From the human T2T-CHM13v2.0 reference genome, Homo sapiens, in NCBI RefSeq assembly GCF_009914755.1, contig NC_060932.1: 64,000 nt of DNA; one strand, 5' to 3'. The notes below the pieces were generated by a model. The model searched no databases and was not told where the DNA came from. It saw nothing but the letters and a program-made list of their open reading frames with translations. Made by a program: the position numbers and the translations under genes. How positions within the stretch are numbered: the stretch's first letter is position 1; every line of letters starts with the position of its first letter. Positions 38,772 through 51,924 of the stretch are shown here, piece after piece.

Positions 38772-40126
38772 AAAATTTACTGGCTGAGCATGGTAAGGGC
38801 ATATACTTCACTGTTTTCAATACCACTCACATCTTTCCTTTTCTTCACTTATTTCTTATAAGTGAGGTTTGAACTTTTCATTATTATTATAGTTCTTACA
38901 AAATGTTACTTTTTTTAGCTTTTTATTTCTAACCAAGCTGTATCTCTGAAAAAATGTCCCAATTCCTGTCTGATTTTTACTTTTGCCAGGTTTTTCTCCA
39001 CTTTGATTTCTTATGAAGCTCCAAGTACAATTTTTTGGGCCATGAGCCAAAGAAAATATATGCAACTTATTTTTTCCCTTCTTTAAAGATCTCTGGAAAC
39101 TAGCAAAGTTTAGTTTAAAAATTTCCTTCCTAATGATGTTCAAATTTTTGTATTTGGCTATTTTGCCTGTATAACCTCATTAAGAAAGGGGAATTGAAAA
39201 CTGATACAGTTTAAATCAAACGTTTTTCTCACATAATTGAGTTATCCTCACATAATTAGGGATAAAAATGAAGATAAATTTCTTATGTAGATAACTTTAT
39301 ATTAGATTCTTTTATTAATAAATCTTTCCATTCAATAGGACTCATGTCTAATTCTATAGGATTGATTTCTCCCATACATGTTTAAAGACAAATTCTCCAT
39401 CTTCTATCCAATTGCTCCTTTTTAAATGTCAGTTTTGTGACAGTGCAACTGCATTGTTTAGGTCCTTAAACTTGGGAACCTATGTTATTCCTCTTTTTGC
39501 TACATTTGATTTTCATAACATCTTGCTATTCTTCACCCCTATCTATTGGTCTTGAATCTCATGTCAATTGTCATTGCTATGAAATAGGTCAGGCTTCCAC
39601 CACCGCCCCTTTCTTTATTACATAAACAATCCTTAGCCAGTGGTCCTGTTTCTACTCTCTTGGTATCCATTTATCGCTCATGCAGCTCCAGGCTCAGTGA
39701 CCCTAAAACACAAAGAGTAGGCATTCCGTAAATAGAAGTCAGCTGTAGGTGGGAAACGTCCTTTTTAAAATTAGAGTGTAGAATATATGTTTTTGCATAT
39801 ATATTAAATATCAGTGGACCTGAAACTGAGTGGCCTAAGGTACTGGCTGACTCTCAAGTTTTGTCCGTAAATTGCAGTGGGGACATCACTGGAGAGTGAT
39901 AGGAAGGTCCAAGAGAGCTGGGGAGGGATGAGGGGGTATCAGGGTCTCCTCTTTTGGCCTTTTTAGCTCTTTTTTCTCCCCCTTTCTTCTCTAGCTTTCT
40001 CTTCCTCCTACTACTGACTCTCTTTTCCTGATCTCCTCTTCAGTCTCTTTTTCCACCTTTCCTACTATTTTATTTTCATTATTCTCTTTTTCTTCCCTTT
40101 AAACAACTACATGAACTCATGATTCC

Positions 40127-40242
40127 CAGGGCCTCTGCATACGTTGGCTGTGCAGGTTGTACCTGACTCCACAGACGGAGTCCCTGTGTTACTCACTGGA
40201 GTTGAGCAGTGTACAACCTGAGCAGCGTTACACTGAGGCCTG
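40127..40242. mobile_element. MER91-like hAT-Tip100 MITE (palindromic)
   Basis: Inverted termini CAGGGCCTC...GCTGTGCAGGTTGTAC / GTACAACCTGAGCAGC...GAGGCCTG. Confidence 0.7.
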
Positions 40243-40374
40243 GGGCATACAGCACATTTTAACTGGCTTAACTTTATACAACATTTTGGTTACATTGACA
40301 CATGGTAGATAATGTCAACATAGGCAGAACTGGAGGCTTTGGAAAATCAATGAATTCCTTATTCCTACTATATG

Positions 40375-40790
40375 TTACTCATTTATCCATGTTTATTGAA
40401 CACTTATAGGATACAAGGAATCATTTTAGAGGCTGGGATACAATAATGAAGAAAACAAACAAAAGTTCCTGAGATGTGACAGAGAATGAGCAAATAAGTA
40501 AATATATATGTAGTACATGAAAGGGTAAGACTGTCATAGAAAAATAAGGTGTGGAAGGAGGGGTAGGAAGAGTGTGTTGGTATTCATATTTACTCATGCC
40601 TGTATGGGTGGCGAGGGATTGCAATTTAAATGGGATGGTTCGGGAAGGCCTCACTGAGAAAGTCTCATCTCAGCCTTATCTGAGGCAGGTGAAAGAAGAA
40701 ACATGGGTGTCTGGGAGACGAGCACCCCAGGCAGAGTGGAAGGGAGTGAAGGCTCCAAGCAGGAGCAAGCCTGACACTGTATTTGGTGAT
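40375..40790 (-). mobile_element. L2 fragment
   Basis: ATGTTTATTGAACACTTA...GGCTGGGATACAATAATGAAGAAAACAAAC...GGTTCGGGAAGGCCTCACTGAGAA. Confidence 0.75.
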
Positions 40791-41055
40791 GCTATGGTTC
40801 CTACTTGTGACTGCAAATGTGGCCTCAAAAGATGCGTGGCCAACTTATTTTAAAAATACTGATCCACAAGATGGTGATCCTTTTGTCCCTGACTTCCATC
40901 CATTCTACTGTTGCTGCTGCTTTCCTTGGGCCATCCTTGGTGTTTTGTTAAATACTTCAGTGGTAAATAAAATTGTTGATCATGTTGTCCAGGGGATAAT
41001 ATCAAATTAAGTGTCTCAAAATGTTGTGTTGCACAAATAGATCAACAGCAGCCTT

Positions 41056-41925
41056 ACTTGTTTATTCAGTTATTTAAACATATATCAGGCTGCTGCAGTG
41101 TGGTAGAGGCAATACTATGTTTCAGCGATAGAGTGGCAAACAAAACAGGGAACAATTCTGCTTTACTTTGGGGTCATATAATAAAATAATAATGAGAATA
41201 GATAGTAGTAGTAATAATAATAATACATTGTTGATAGCACTAAGAGGAAAATAAATGGGGTTTGTTGATAACATCAAATGGGGGGAAACTTTCTGGAGGA
41301 AGTAAAGGAACGATGACCCAAGAAGGCCTCTTTGGGGAGTGACACCTCAAAGCTGTCTCCTCAAAGATGAGAGGGCTCCAACCCTGCAAAGAGGGGAAGG
41401 AGGAACATTTCAGACAAAGAATCTGGGCAGGACCAAGCAGGAGATGCCGTGGGGATGGACAGAAGGCCCCAGGGCCAGGAGCCTGCTTACAAATAGGGAA
41501 AACCTGATGAGATTAGGTTAGAAAGGTAGCTGTGGCTGCAGTGTACAAAACTTGTAGGACACAGAAAGGAGCTTGGGTTTTATTCCCCATTCAGTAAGAA
41601 GCCGTTGGATGGCCAGGGACACCAATACAGTTTGATGTGCATGCTACTCTAGCTGCTGGGAAATGGGCGTTGAAGTTGGGTGACCAGATAGGAGGCTATT
41701 GTGACTGTCTGGCTAGAGATGCTTGAGGGATGCAGAGGGGGAAAGTGTGTTCATTTAGCATATATTTTGGAGGTAGTCAACAGGACCTGCTTTTCAACTA
41801 ATGTTGGGAGTGAGGAAAAGGGACAAGTCAAAGATAACTTCCCAGGTTTCTAGGACACAAGGTGAATGATTGTGCCAGTTACTAAAATGGGTTAAACCAG
41901 AGGTTAAGGAGGCAGATTTAGGGAA
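41056..41925 (-). mobile_element. L2a-like fragment
   Basis: GAAGGCCTCTTTGGGGAGTGACA...GGAGCTTGGGTTTTATTC...TATATTTTGGAGGTAG...GTCAAAGATAACTTCCCAGGTTTC. Confidence 0.8.
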
Positions 41926-43232
41926 CCACCTGTGGATTTTCCTCAGTAGATATCAGCCACAAAAGGTAAGCTTTATTTAGGCCTCTGGGAGTAATGGTTC
42001 AGTTATAGAAGGGGGGAGGCACTACTTCTCCTCTGTTAGCTGGGTGGTGAGAGCCTCTGCTGGGGAGCTGGGGAGCTGGGTCCCTAAGCAGCCCTGCACC
42101 CTTGACCCCTGCACCTGGTGCCATGGGGTGAGGCCACTGGGCGGAATGGGCAGTGCAAGAGAGTGCAGGAGAGACCGGGCCCTGGCCCATGTGTGCAAAA
42201 ATGTGGGATACAGAGGGAGGCCTGCTTTCTGCTTTTGAAGCAAAATAACCCACTTTGATTTATAAGGATCTCAAGATCAAGTCTTACTGCACTATTGCCT
42301 CTTCCTGGGAAGCCCCTCTTAGACGGAAAACTAAGAACCAGATATTAAGGGATTCCCCCCAAAAGAACCCATCTGTCCAAACACAGAGTCTACAAACTGC
42401 TCATATGTTGCTAATAGGATACAATAGGCTACAGTGTTAAATAATATTTTCTATTCTCTGTTTCCCACACCACAAACTCTGCTAGATAGTCCCACCTTGT
42501 GAATAGTTAGGAAACATGAATAGTGAATACCAAGCCTAAATATCTGTGGGTGGATGATTACACTTAATGAAGCAAATGTTCCCCCAATCATCATCATTGT
42601 TATAGGATACAGTGCCTTTTACTGCTTATTATTCACCATTGACATTGTCAGCACATAAAAGAAAATGTGCCGACTGGGAAATTTTTAACGTTAATTCATT
42701 GTTTTAATGACTGCAGCTTCTGAAGGATATCAAAGGTGATTGGTTTCAGTTATAAAATTATAAAGTATTAAATAAGTTTGTTTAATGAGCTGACTATTAT
42801 AGTAAAGGAGAGTAAGCGAACATCTATATTGAATATAACTCAAGTATATTAATAAATGCAGTTTAAAATAATACAAAGGAGTCTTCTCTAGTATTCGGAA
42901 TGCCAAGATCAAGCTAAAAATGTTCTCTCTTTAGTACTCCTCTGTCTGAAGCACATTAAATAGAGCTTGAAATTGAAAGTCTTGTGTTCCTATTATAGGA
43001 ATATATAAAGCTACTTTAAGGCGGGTAATGGGGAAATTGTGGTTAGTTATGTGGCAACAATTTTTTTTTCATCAATAAAATCAAGACATTATTTAAAAAT
43101 AATACTCTATAAGCAATGGTTCTGAATTCACCTTGGGGACTGAAAATTCTGCAAATAACCTTTGGGAGATCACGTGAAGATACCATGTCATGGAAACCCT
43201 GTAAGCGCTCCCAGAATCCTATGCTACCGAGG

Positions 43233-43251
43233 CAGCCACTAGGGGGCGCTA
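43233..43251 (+). promoter_or_regulatory. CTCF core motif
   Basis: CAGCCACTAGGGGGCGCTA versus the consensus TGGCCACCAGGGGGCGCTA; the CpG is retained. Confidence 0.8.
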
Positions 43252-43529
43252 CATTCAAGGGAGGTTGAGAGACTCAGGGTAGCTCCCTGGGCCCAGCTGG
43301 GAAGGGCAGGGACCTGAGGAAAGGGCAGCTCCTCAGTGGGTTGGCCAGGAAATGGGATCAGAGATAGATTAAACCCTCAAAGGAGGCAGGCCTACACAGT
43401 TAATTGTATAACTGTGTAGGTTGCATTTTTTCTTTAGCTTTTTAAATGTGATTTCTATTTAGCTTTTAAATAGGTGATTCATTTACATGGTTTAAAAGGA
43501 TAAAAGGGCCCATAGTCACCTCCCAATAT

Positions 43530-43857
43530 ATGTTCTTACTTTCTTCCTTACTTCAGCCATAAAACAACATTTCCTGGAAGCCACCTTGAAAACTGGTGTG
43601 GCCACATGCCTAAGGCAGTCAGTGGTCTGCGGGGGGAGTGTGGGTCTTCCCCCTTCCATCCCGCTTCCTGGACACAGGTCACACCTAAGAGTGGAGTGGA
43701 GAGCCTGGGTGGTGGGTTACGGAGCTGTAGTCCAGCCCTGGATTATCTACCTCTGTACTTCCTTCATGGGAAAGACAAATACATTTTTCTCTTGTTTAAG
43801 CCCTTGTTACTTTGATTTTTCTGTTGAATTCAGCCAACTCTAATGTGAACTAATTCA
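43530..43857 (+). mobile_element. Old MLT1 (J-type) LTR interrupting a reverse L1ME fragment (~43420-44370)
   Basis: ACATTTCCTGGAAGCCACCTTG...GTGTGGCCACATG...CAGCCCTGGATTATCTACCTCT...TCTTGTTTAAGCC. Confidence 0.65.
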
Positions 43858-45034
43858 GATTAACAGTAGAAAGCCTCCCTTTTACTCAGATCACAAACCT
43901 TCCTTCCCTGAGCTGTTTCTGCATAAAATGTCTGGAGATATTTTAGCTGGTAGCATATACAAGCGTGTGTGTGTGTGTGTGTGTACATGCACGTGCGTGT
44001 ATGTGTGGCTTGGGAAATATCAATACATGAAAAACATCCTCATTCTCTTTTGGGTTATAGAGATTTCAGTTGGGTTGATATAGTGTACAGTATATTAACA
44101 AGCATTTAAATTGTTTTAGTCTTTGGCTGTTACAAATAATACTGCAGTAACTTTTGTTTATTTATGACCTCCTTTATTTATATTCTGTGAGTATATCTGT
44201 AGAACAAATTCCTGAAATTCAAAGTGCTAGGTCAAAGAGGATGTGCATTTGTAATCCATAGCTGTTCTTGGTAGATATACTGATTCATCTTTTAGTAACA
44301 ACATATGAGAGTGTCCTTTTCCCCACATCCTTCCTGACTCGGTGTTACCAAAGATGGATCTATACTTTTCTCTAACTGGTCACTAAGGAAGGGTGAAAGG
44401 AATGAATGAAGGGAGGCAGGTAAGGCAGGCGGGCGGGATTAGGTTGAGATGCCAGTGCTAGATTTACCTTTATTACTGTCCATGTTGCAGGGATAGGGTG
44501 TGTAGACGAGGGGAGACTTGGAAGAGATAGGACTTTGGTTAACTTAATTCTGTTTTCTTACAGAGAAGTTATAAGTTTTAGCATATTGAACTTATCCAGA
44601 TGGTTTAAATTCTATATTGTGGTTTATGTGAAGTATCAGAAATCAGTCTATGACATAACTGATGTATATGCTTTTGTTATCTAATCTGAAGGGGTGTGAT
44701 ACTTGCATTGATGTTGTAGTTTGCAGCTTACCAGCACAGTTTCTCTAGAAGTCTCTGAAGGAAACGCGGGAGGTCACAAGGCAGGAGGTTTCCTGCCTGC
44801 AGTGGGCTCCAGGGGAAAGCCAGTGCTGCACTGAACAAGCCCTTTCCTCTTTGTGGTAAGACAAATTTGCTCTGGGCCAAATCACATAACTGAGGCACCC
44901 ACCCAGGAGCTGTGACTTGTCCATGCTTCTCTCCATGCTTTCATTGCCAGCCCTTCCTCTGGGGCTCAGCATTCAAGCACTCCCTGGAAAGGGCTATAAA
45001 AGACCTCACAGCACAAGTGAGGAGAGAACAGTCT

Positions 45035-45290
45035 CATGATAATGACCACCTTATTAGCATGAGCACTTATGGCCAGGAGCTGTTTTCAGCACTTGTTATA
45101 TATGGACATACTGACATGCAATGCAACCCTCTGAGTAGTAGCACTAATTATCATCATCTCCATTTTGTGGGAAACTGAGGCACAGAGAGGTTGAGTCAAG
45201 ATCACACAGATAGTAAGGAGTGGAGCTAGGATCGGAATCTAAGCTGTCAGGATCCTCAATCTAGACTCTCATGACAGTTTCTTAGAGGGC
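45035..45290 (-). mobile_element. MIR
   Basis: ATCATCTCCATTTTGTGGGAAACTGAGGCACAGAGAGGTTGAGTCAAGATCACACAG. Confidence 0.85.
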
Positions 45291-45488
45291 TCTGTGGAAG
45301 CGCTGCACACACTCACTGTTAGTTTCTTAATAGATGCTGTGCATCTGGCATTTACGGTATTGTCTGCTAACTGGTCTTTTTCTCCCAAAAGCACAGTGGC
45401 CTAAGGGGATGATCAAATAACTTCTATTGTTCTCAGAGGATGAAGACTCAAGAGAACAAAACACAAATTCCCGTGCAAGGCAGAGGAA

Positions 45489-45543
<55 letters not shown>
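45489..45543. repeat. (AC)n microsatellite, one interruption
   Basis: Seen directly. Confidence 0.95.
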
Positions 45544-45547
<4 letters not shown>

Positions 45548-45969
45548 AACCCAAGAAAGGATGGAGAGAATCATCAGCAACAGAGAGGGAAAGGAAAGCA
45601 GAACATTAGAAAATGGAAGAGTAACGTGGACTTAAACATAACAGCAATTTCAGCCCTGGAAATAACAGCGATGAGTGGGTATGGCAAAGCTCCAAAGTGC
45701 ATAGCAGCTCAAGGGAGCCATTCTCAACTGCGTCAGGCAGGCCTATGTCTCCCCCAACTGTCTAGGCATCCACATTGCCTAGAATAGGACTTGGCACCGA
45801 GAAGCTGCTCAATAAAAGTCTGTGGCATGAAGAAGAGACATTTATGAGAAGGACCCAGGAAGTCAACAGGAAAGAAGAGTAAGACTGACATCTAACCTGA
45901 ATCAATTTAATAACATTCAGGACTAGGGAACTAACACAACCAAGGAGAAGGGATTGGAGGTTATACTGA

Positions 45970-46763
45970 AATTCAGAAGTTCTACCAGGATGCCTTTTGG
46001 CTACAGATTTCAGGAACTCCAACTCGAAAAGGCTTGAAGTTCAACACAAAGAAAATATTGATCTCACATAATAGGTCCTGATAAATGCAGTCTTATAGGT
46101 CAATTAATTCAGGGCATTGGCCATGAGGACCTGTCTTTTTCTACTGAAGTTCTTTTTTTTTTTTTAAGACAGAGTCTCACTCTGTCACCAGTCACCAGGC
46201 TGGAGTGCAGTTGTGTGATCTTGGCTCATTGCAACCTCTGCCTCCCAGGTTCAAGCAATTTTCCTGCCTCAGCCACCGAGTAGTTGGGACTACAGGCACG
46301 CGCCACTACAGCCAACTAATTTTTATATTTTTAGTAGAGATAGGGTTTCACCACGTTGGCCAGGATGGTCTCAATCTCTTGACCTCATGATCCACCCGCC
46401 TCAGCCTCCCAAAGTGCTGTGATTACAGGCATGAGCCACCCCGCCCAGCCAGTTCTGCTGTTCTTGAGCTGAGAGGGAGCCCACTGTAGCATCCTAGGAG
46501 TCACAGTCAGCAAAACAACATCCATGGAAACAAATGGAAATATTCCCGCTCATGACCTACTGTACTAGTGTAGAGATTCTCCCTATAAACCCTCCAGGAG
46601 AACTTTCCTAAATATCTCATTGTCACATGCCAAAGGGGTGAGGCTATCTCCCTAAGGAGCAGTCCTACATGGGAGAGGAGCAGGCACCAAAACAGAAGCC
46701 ACCCCCCTCAGGAAGGGAGGATCGAGTCATGGATGCTGCATAGAAACAGCAGGCTCCAGCACA
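45970..46763 (-). mobile_element. Old MLT1 (K/L-type) LTR split by an Alu
   Basis: CAGGATGCCTTTTGGCTACAG...ATTGATCTCACATAA...CCTCCAGGAGAACTTTCC...TCTCATTGTCACATGCC. Confidence 0.5.
46154..46450 (-). mobile_element. AluSc
   Basis: GGCCAGGATGGTCTCAATCTCTTGACCTCATGATCC. Short TSD AGTTCT. Internal GTCACCA duplication. Confidence 0.93.
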
Positions 46764-49714
46764 GAGGTGTCTGATTCTCTCAGAGATAGATACAAACAAA
46801 TACAGACACAAAATTTAAGTGCTTATTAAATTATCAAATAATTAAAGACTCGATTTAATAATTACAGAAGAATTTGTGTCTGTTTTATATGTACTAGAAG
46901 TTTGTTAACTTTGATACTTTCCCAACTGCAAATGAGTTCCTGATATTTGAAATAAATGATTTTCATGGAGAAGAATGTCTCATGACCTGAACTGGAATGA
47001 AGACATTTTCTGGGCAGGAACACATGAGAAGTGGGATGGTTTGTTTTATAATTTTCATTATGGAGATCTTTGACCTCCTTGGTTAAATGTATTCCTAAGT
47101 AGTTCACAATAATGTACAATAAGTAGTGTACAATAAGTAGTGTACAATAATGGTTAAATCCTATCCTGAAGTTAAGTTATAGTTAGGGTTTGAAGAAATG
47201 ACAAATCAGAGTGTACTCATTTGAATGGGGGTAAAACCTTATATCCATCACACTCAGATGTCCATATGGGCAGTCAAGTAAGATATTTAAAAACTCAAAG
47301 CTCTGTGATCTTACTGTTTATTCCAGTAAATATTTGTCAGCTCATTTCTTTTTGGTACCTACATTTTTAGCTAAGTTACAAACAAAGTCTCAAGGAACTA
47401 CTTGGCAGGAATGGAGGCTCTGGAATCCCACCCGTCTCCATCTATCACCTTTCAAATCCACACCAAATAAACATATAATCCAGGGAACAGTAACATGCTT
47501 CCTGGAGAATTCTTCTAGTCATCTTTTCCAGTCCAAATTTGTGGCTGCTAAGCTCCTTACATATAGAAATTTTGAGATGCCTTTGTGTTTAGTTAATACA
47601 TGCCTGTCGGGAAGATTGTGATGACTATCTCGTTATGTCTGTGACATAACGGATGCTATCAGAATACTATTGTGTAATATACATCGTATACTTGCCACCA
47701 ACTTTACAAGCGCAAGGATATTAGATACACTGTTAAATATTAAATACTAAAACTTCGGATAAGCATTCATCAATAGAAATAAGCATAATTTTCATAAGCA
47801 AATGTATATCCAAGTGTAAAAAGCTAGATAAAGGGATTTTTCTGCTATTCACATTCCCCACACAACTGTCTCTGTCACCTGTAGAAGCTAATCTTGGTTC
47901 TCTTCTTCCACAGTCTTCCAAATTTATTTCTAGAAATCACTGATAAACAGTAAACTATAAGATACATCTGTGCCACCAACCAATCCGGTGGCTGCAGTTG
48001 TGTGCTTTGGGGAATGAGGCTTCTATTACAATATAATACCATAGTATGAAACTTACTGCTAAGATTGAAAGAACACTGCAGAGGGAAATATTACGTGCAA
48101 CACAAAACACTGGAATTCCTGAGCAAAAACTTAAATCTGTTTTGAGAAAATGTGACTGCATGTAATTTAAATTTACTTATATTGTCTTTGCTTCCTGTAT
48201 TTTTGCCTTTGAAGGCTTCCTTGAGATTGAAACACTTCATCTCAAGAGGCTTTTTTGATGAAATGATTAATAAATGGCCCAAATGATTCAGCCCTTGAGG
48301 ATACATATAAATTATCAATGAAGGATTAAGTAGGCAAAGCCTTAAAAAGCTTAGGGAAAAATTGATTAAGTTGGGATCTCACAGAGGATACAGACTTCTA
48401 GTAGAACAGAAAGGGACTAATTGAGTCCCATAAACTGTTTGATGGAGCACTTAATTTAAAGACAAGAGACTTGTGACTGAAGAAAGGGAAATGGAGCCAA
48501 ACATATATGCCAACAAAGGAAACTGAATTGTAGTTCCAAGATTCTCAAGAAGAGGGGTTCAACTTTTGTAATCACATTAATGGCTCCTGACTGTTTAAGT
48601 ACCCTCAAATGATTGCTTGGAGCCAGTAGTCCATTTGTTTTGAGGCAGTGATGTTTTCCTTTATCTTTAAGAGTGCAATAGAAGCTTTGAAGTAATAAGG
48701 TCAAATTCAACCACTTTTGCCCAGACTCTGTGCAAGAATGCTGGGTTTGAGTTTCCAGGGAACATGAAGAAGTCATTTCAACCAATCTTTTACCACCCAG
48801 CAAGTCCTTTTAAAAGACTTTCAGAAGCATCCCAAATTTGCACATTACCTCCTTGACCTTGCAAGCAGGGGTCGAGGCTGGAGCACGTGGTTTCAATTGT
48901 CTGATAAGATACATCGCTTCAGTCTTGGCCTGACTAAAGGCTAAACCAGCTGGTTTCTATCTCTTCTTCTCTAATCATTAGGTATTAGGCAAGCCATGAA
49001 AATGTTATAGCATTTTATTAAAGTCGCTAGAAAGTCACATGATGAACGGCCAAAAAATAAAAATAAAAACAAAGCAAACAAAATTAGACATCTCTATTAA
49101 AAGCCTAGATTCCTAAATAAATTTAAAAACTCATGACTCTTGGTTCTGAGGAAAATTTAAAGGACAGAAAAAGATTTACTAAGAAGTTTGTCTCTTTTGC
49201 GTAACAGATGAGCTCCGTTTCATCATAAAATGGAAACTATGAAATTCCTTCTAATTTTCTTTTGCCTTGGTTGCCAGAAAGTTCACACTTAACATTTATT
49301 GTTTAACGACAGTATCAGAAGCATGTTATGCCCATTCCCCAAACAACGATCTCTCCTTTCTCTCTCTGATTTCCCATGTGTTAAAATTTTGATTTCACTA
49401 TTATTTAATGCCATTTTAATTTAATTGTTACTATGTTTATCAGTCTAATAGAGTATATCTTAATTTTAATAACAAAAACAAAAAATCAAGAGAGCATAAA
49501 TTGTGACTGTGATCCCACAGCACTAAATAGTTTATTAATCACATTGAAATATAAGTCATCCTAATAGACCCATTGAATATATCACTTTCCAATTGGTGTT
49601 TTGGGTTGTGTGGAAAATAACCTTAAGTACATAGAAAATGTATTTGCTACCATCTAGGACTCAAATACTTAAGAATATAATGAAAACTGATGCTTTTATA
49701 AGGTAATAACTATT

Positions 49715-49875
49715 ATATTAGGACCCTTTCAACTGTATATGATGCAAAATTTCACTCAAACTTGCTTAAAAAGAAAATATATTAGTTCATGTAACTGAAA
49801 AATACTAGGATGAGCTTAAGCACAGCTGGATCCAAGGGCTAAATAATGTTATCAGGTCTCTCTCTCTCATATGCG

Positions 49876-49926
<51 letters not shown>

Positions 49927-50322
49927 CATATTTCTCTCTTATGTTGACTTATCTGCCATGCTGACTCCATATTTACTCTGGCAGTCAACTTCCTTATGAT
50001 GACACCAGATGGCTGCCAGAAGCAACTACCTTATAGCCTCTCCACTCACCAACCCAGCAGAAAGGGATATCTGATTTTTAACAGGACCAACAAAAGCCTT
50101 GCTATTGAGTCTAGCTTGTTCTAACTGGTCCATGTGCCCACCTCCAAACCACTCCCTGGGCCCAGGGGCACACCAGGTTTTGTTTGAACCTTGTCTAAGT
50201 CACATGCCCACCTCTGGGCATAACTCCACTCAAACCACAGAGGCCAAGAATAGGGAATGGGTATTTTGAAGGGGAAATCTGTTATCAAAAAGGGACAAGC
50301 AAAATTCACAGATGCCTGCTAC
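49715..50322 (-). mobile_element. Old MLT1 (J/K-type) LTR containing a compound microsatellite
   Basis: ACTCAAACTTGCTTAAAAAG...TCATGTAACTGAAAA...CACAGCTGGATCCAAGGGCT...GTCACATGCCCACCTCTGG. Confidence 0.65.
49857..49924. repeat. Compound (TC)n-AT-(GC)6-(AC)20 microsatellite
   Basis: Seen directly. Confidence 0.95.
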
Positions 50323-50780
50323 AATATTTCACTCAACCAGATCATTTATTGGACCTTGTTTTTCCAGGAAATTTGATTGCTGCTTAAAAGTTAAGATTGA
50401 TCAGTGAGCCAGCTAGAAAAGAAAATCCTGGTCTTGATTATTTACATGAACCCCTGATGAATTTATTAATGAAAACTCTACAGTGATGTTAATGAATGAT
50501 ATAGACCAAATTTTGTTTTCTAACAGTATAGCTGTGCCAATGTTAGCTTATTTAAATACTTAACTGCACATTATTCTATAACTTTGCTAAAATATTTCAT
50601 ATTTCGTATGATGTTTGCAAAATCTCCAGGTTATATTTAAAATATTTTCATCACTTTGTTCTAGCCATGGAGGTTTGGGGTGGGGGAAAAATGGGAATTA
50701 GTAACTACCTGTCTGAAATCCTTTGATCCCTTTTTTATCCTATTACAAATCAACAAAGTATATTTTAAAAATAAGAAATA

Positions 50781-50899
50781 GGCCAGGTATGGTGGTTCAC
50801 ACCTATAATCCTAGCACTTTGGGAGGCTGAGGCAGGAGGATCACTTGAGGCCAGGAGTTCAAAACCAACCTGGGCAACACAGCGAGACCCTGTTTCTAC

Positions 50900-50938
<39 letters not shown>

Positions 50939-51108
50939 GCAAGCCAGCCATGGTGGCACACCCATAGTCTCAGCTACTCAAGAGGTTGAAGCAGGAGGAT
51001 TGCTTGAGCCTAGGAGTTGGAGGTTGCAGTGAGCCACGATTATACCACTGCACACCAGCCTGGGTGAAAGAGTAAGACACAGTCTCAAAAAATGAAATGG
51101 AAAAAAAT
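50781..51108 (+). mobile_element. AluJ with a (TAAA)n-expanded linker
   Basis: GGAGGATCACTTGAGGCCAGGAGTTCAAAACCAACCTGGGCAAC; about 10 TAAA units at 50900-50938. Confidence 0.92.
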
Positions 51109-51523
51109 ATCAATAATAGGTCTCCTTCCAATGACAAAAACAAAAAATTTGTTGAATTAAAAATAAAAAAGAAATAGAAACATGGATTTATGACAAGTAG
51201 GCAGATCAATTTAGTTACATTATGTGCTTGAAGTTCTTCAGGGAGAGCAAATTTCCAGAAATGCTTGCATCTCATCTAACTTTACTTAATGGTTTTCTTT
51301 ATGTGGGATATAATATCAATGTAGAATATTCAGCCCTTGAGAAATTAGAACAACAACAAAATTAGATCAAAGACATACCAATTATGCAACACAGCAACAG
51401 GCAAGGTCTCTTTAAATGGAGGAAGCCATCAGCTGTTTATCTTTCCAGTCATCACACACTTATCAAATGCCTACTCTGTGCTAGATGTTGTGCTGGGTCT
51501 TGGAGGTAAAAAAAAACCCAAAG

Positions 51524-51832
<309 letters not shown>

Positions 51833-51924
51833 TTAATGTCTACATAGATAATTCACAGGGCAACAAACAAATTACAGTAATAACAACAAAAAAATCTATT
51901 TAATTATTCAGATGACCTTTGCAT

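Noticed and set aside
47631-47651. 9-bp stem hairpin CGTTATGTC-TGT-GACATAACG
   Set aside because: Too short to exceed chance, with no supporting context.
46154-51108. Inverted Alu pair as a dsRNA source (also 5540/9929)
   Set aside because: The partners are more than 4 kb apart and from divergent subfamilies, which is ordinary for primate DNA.
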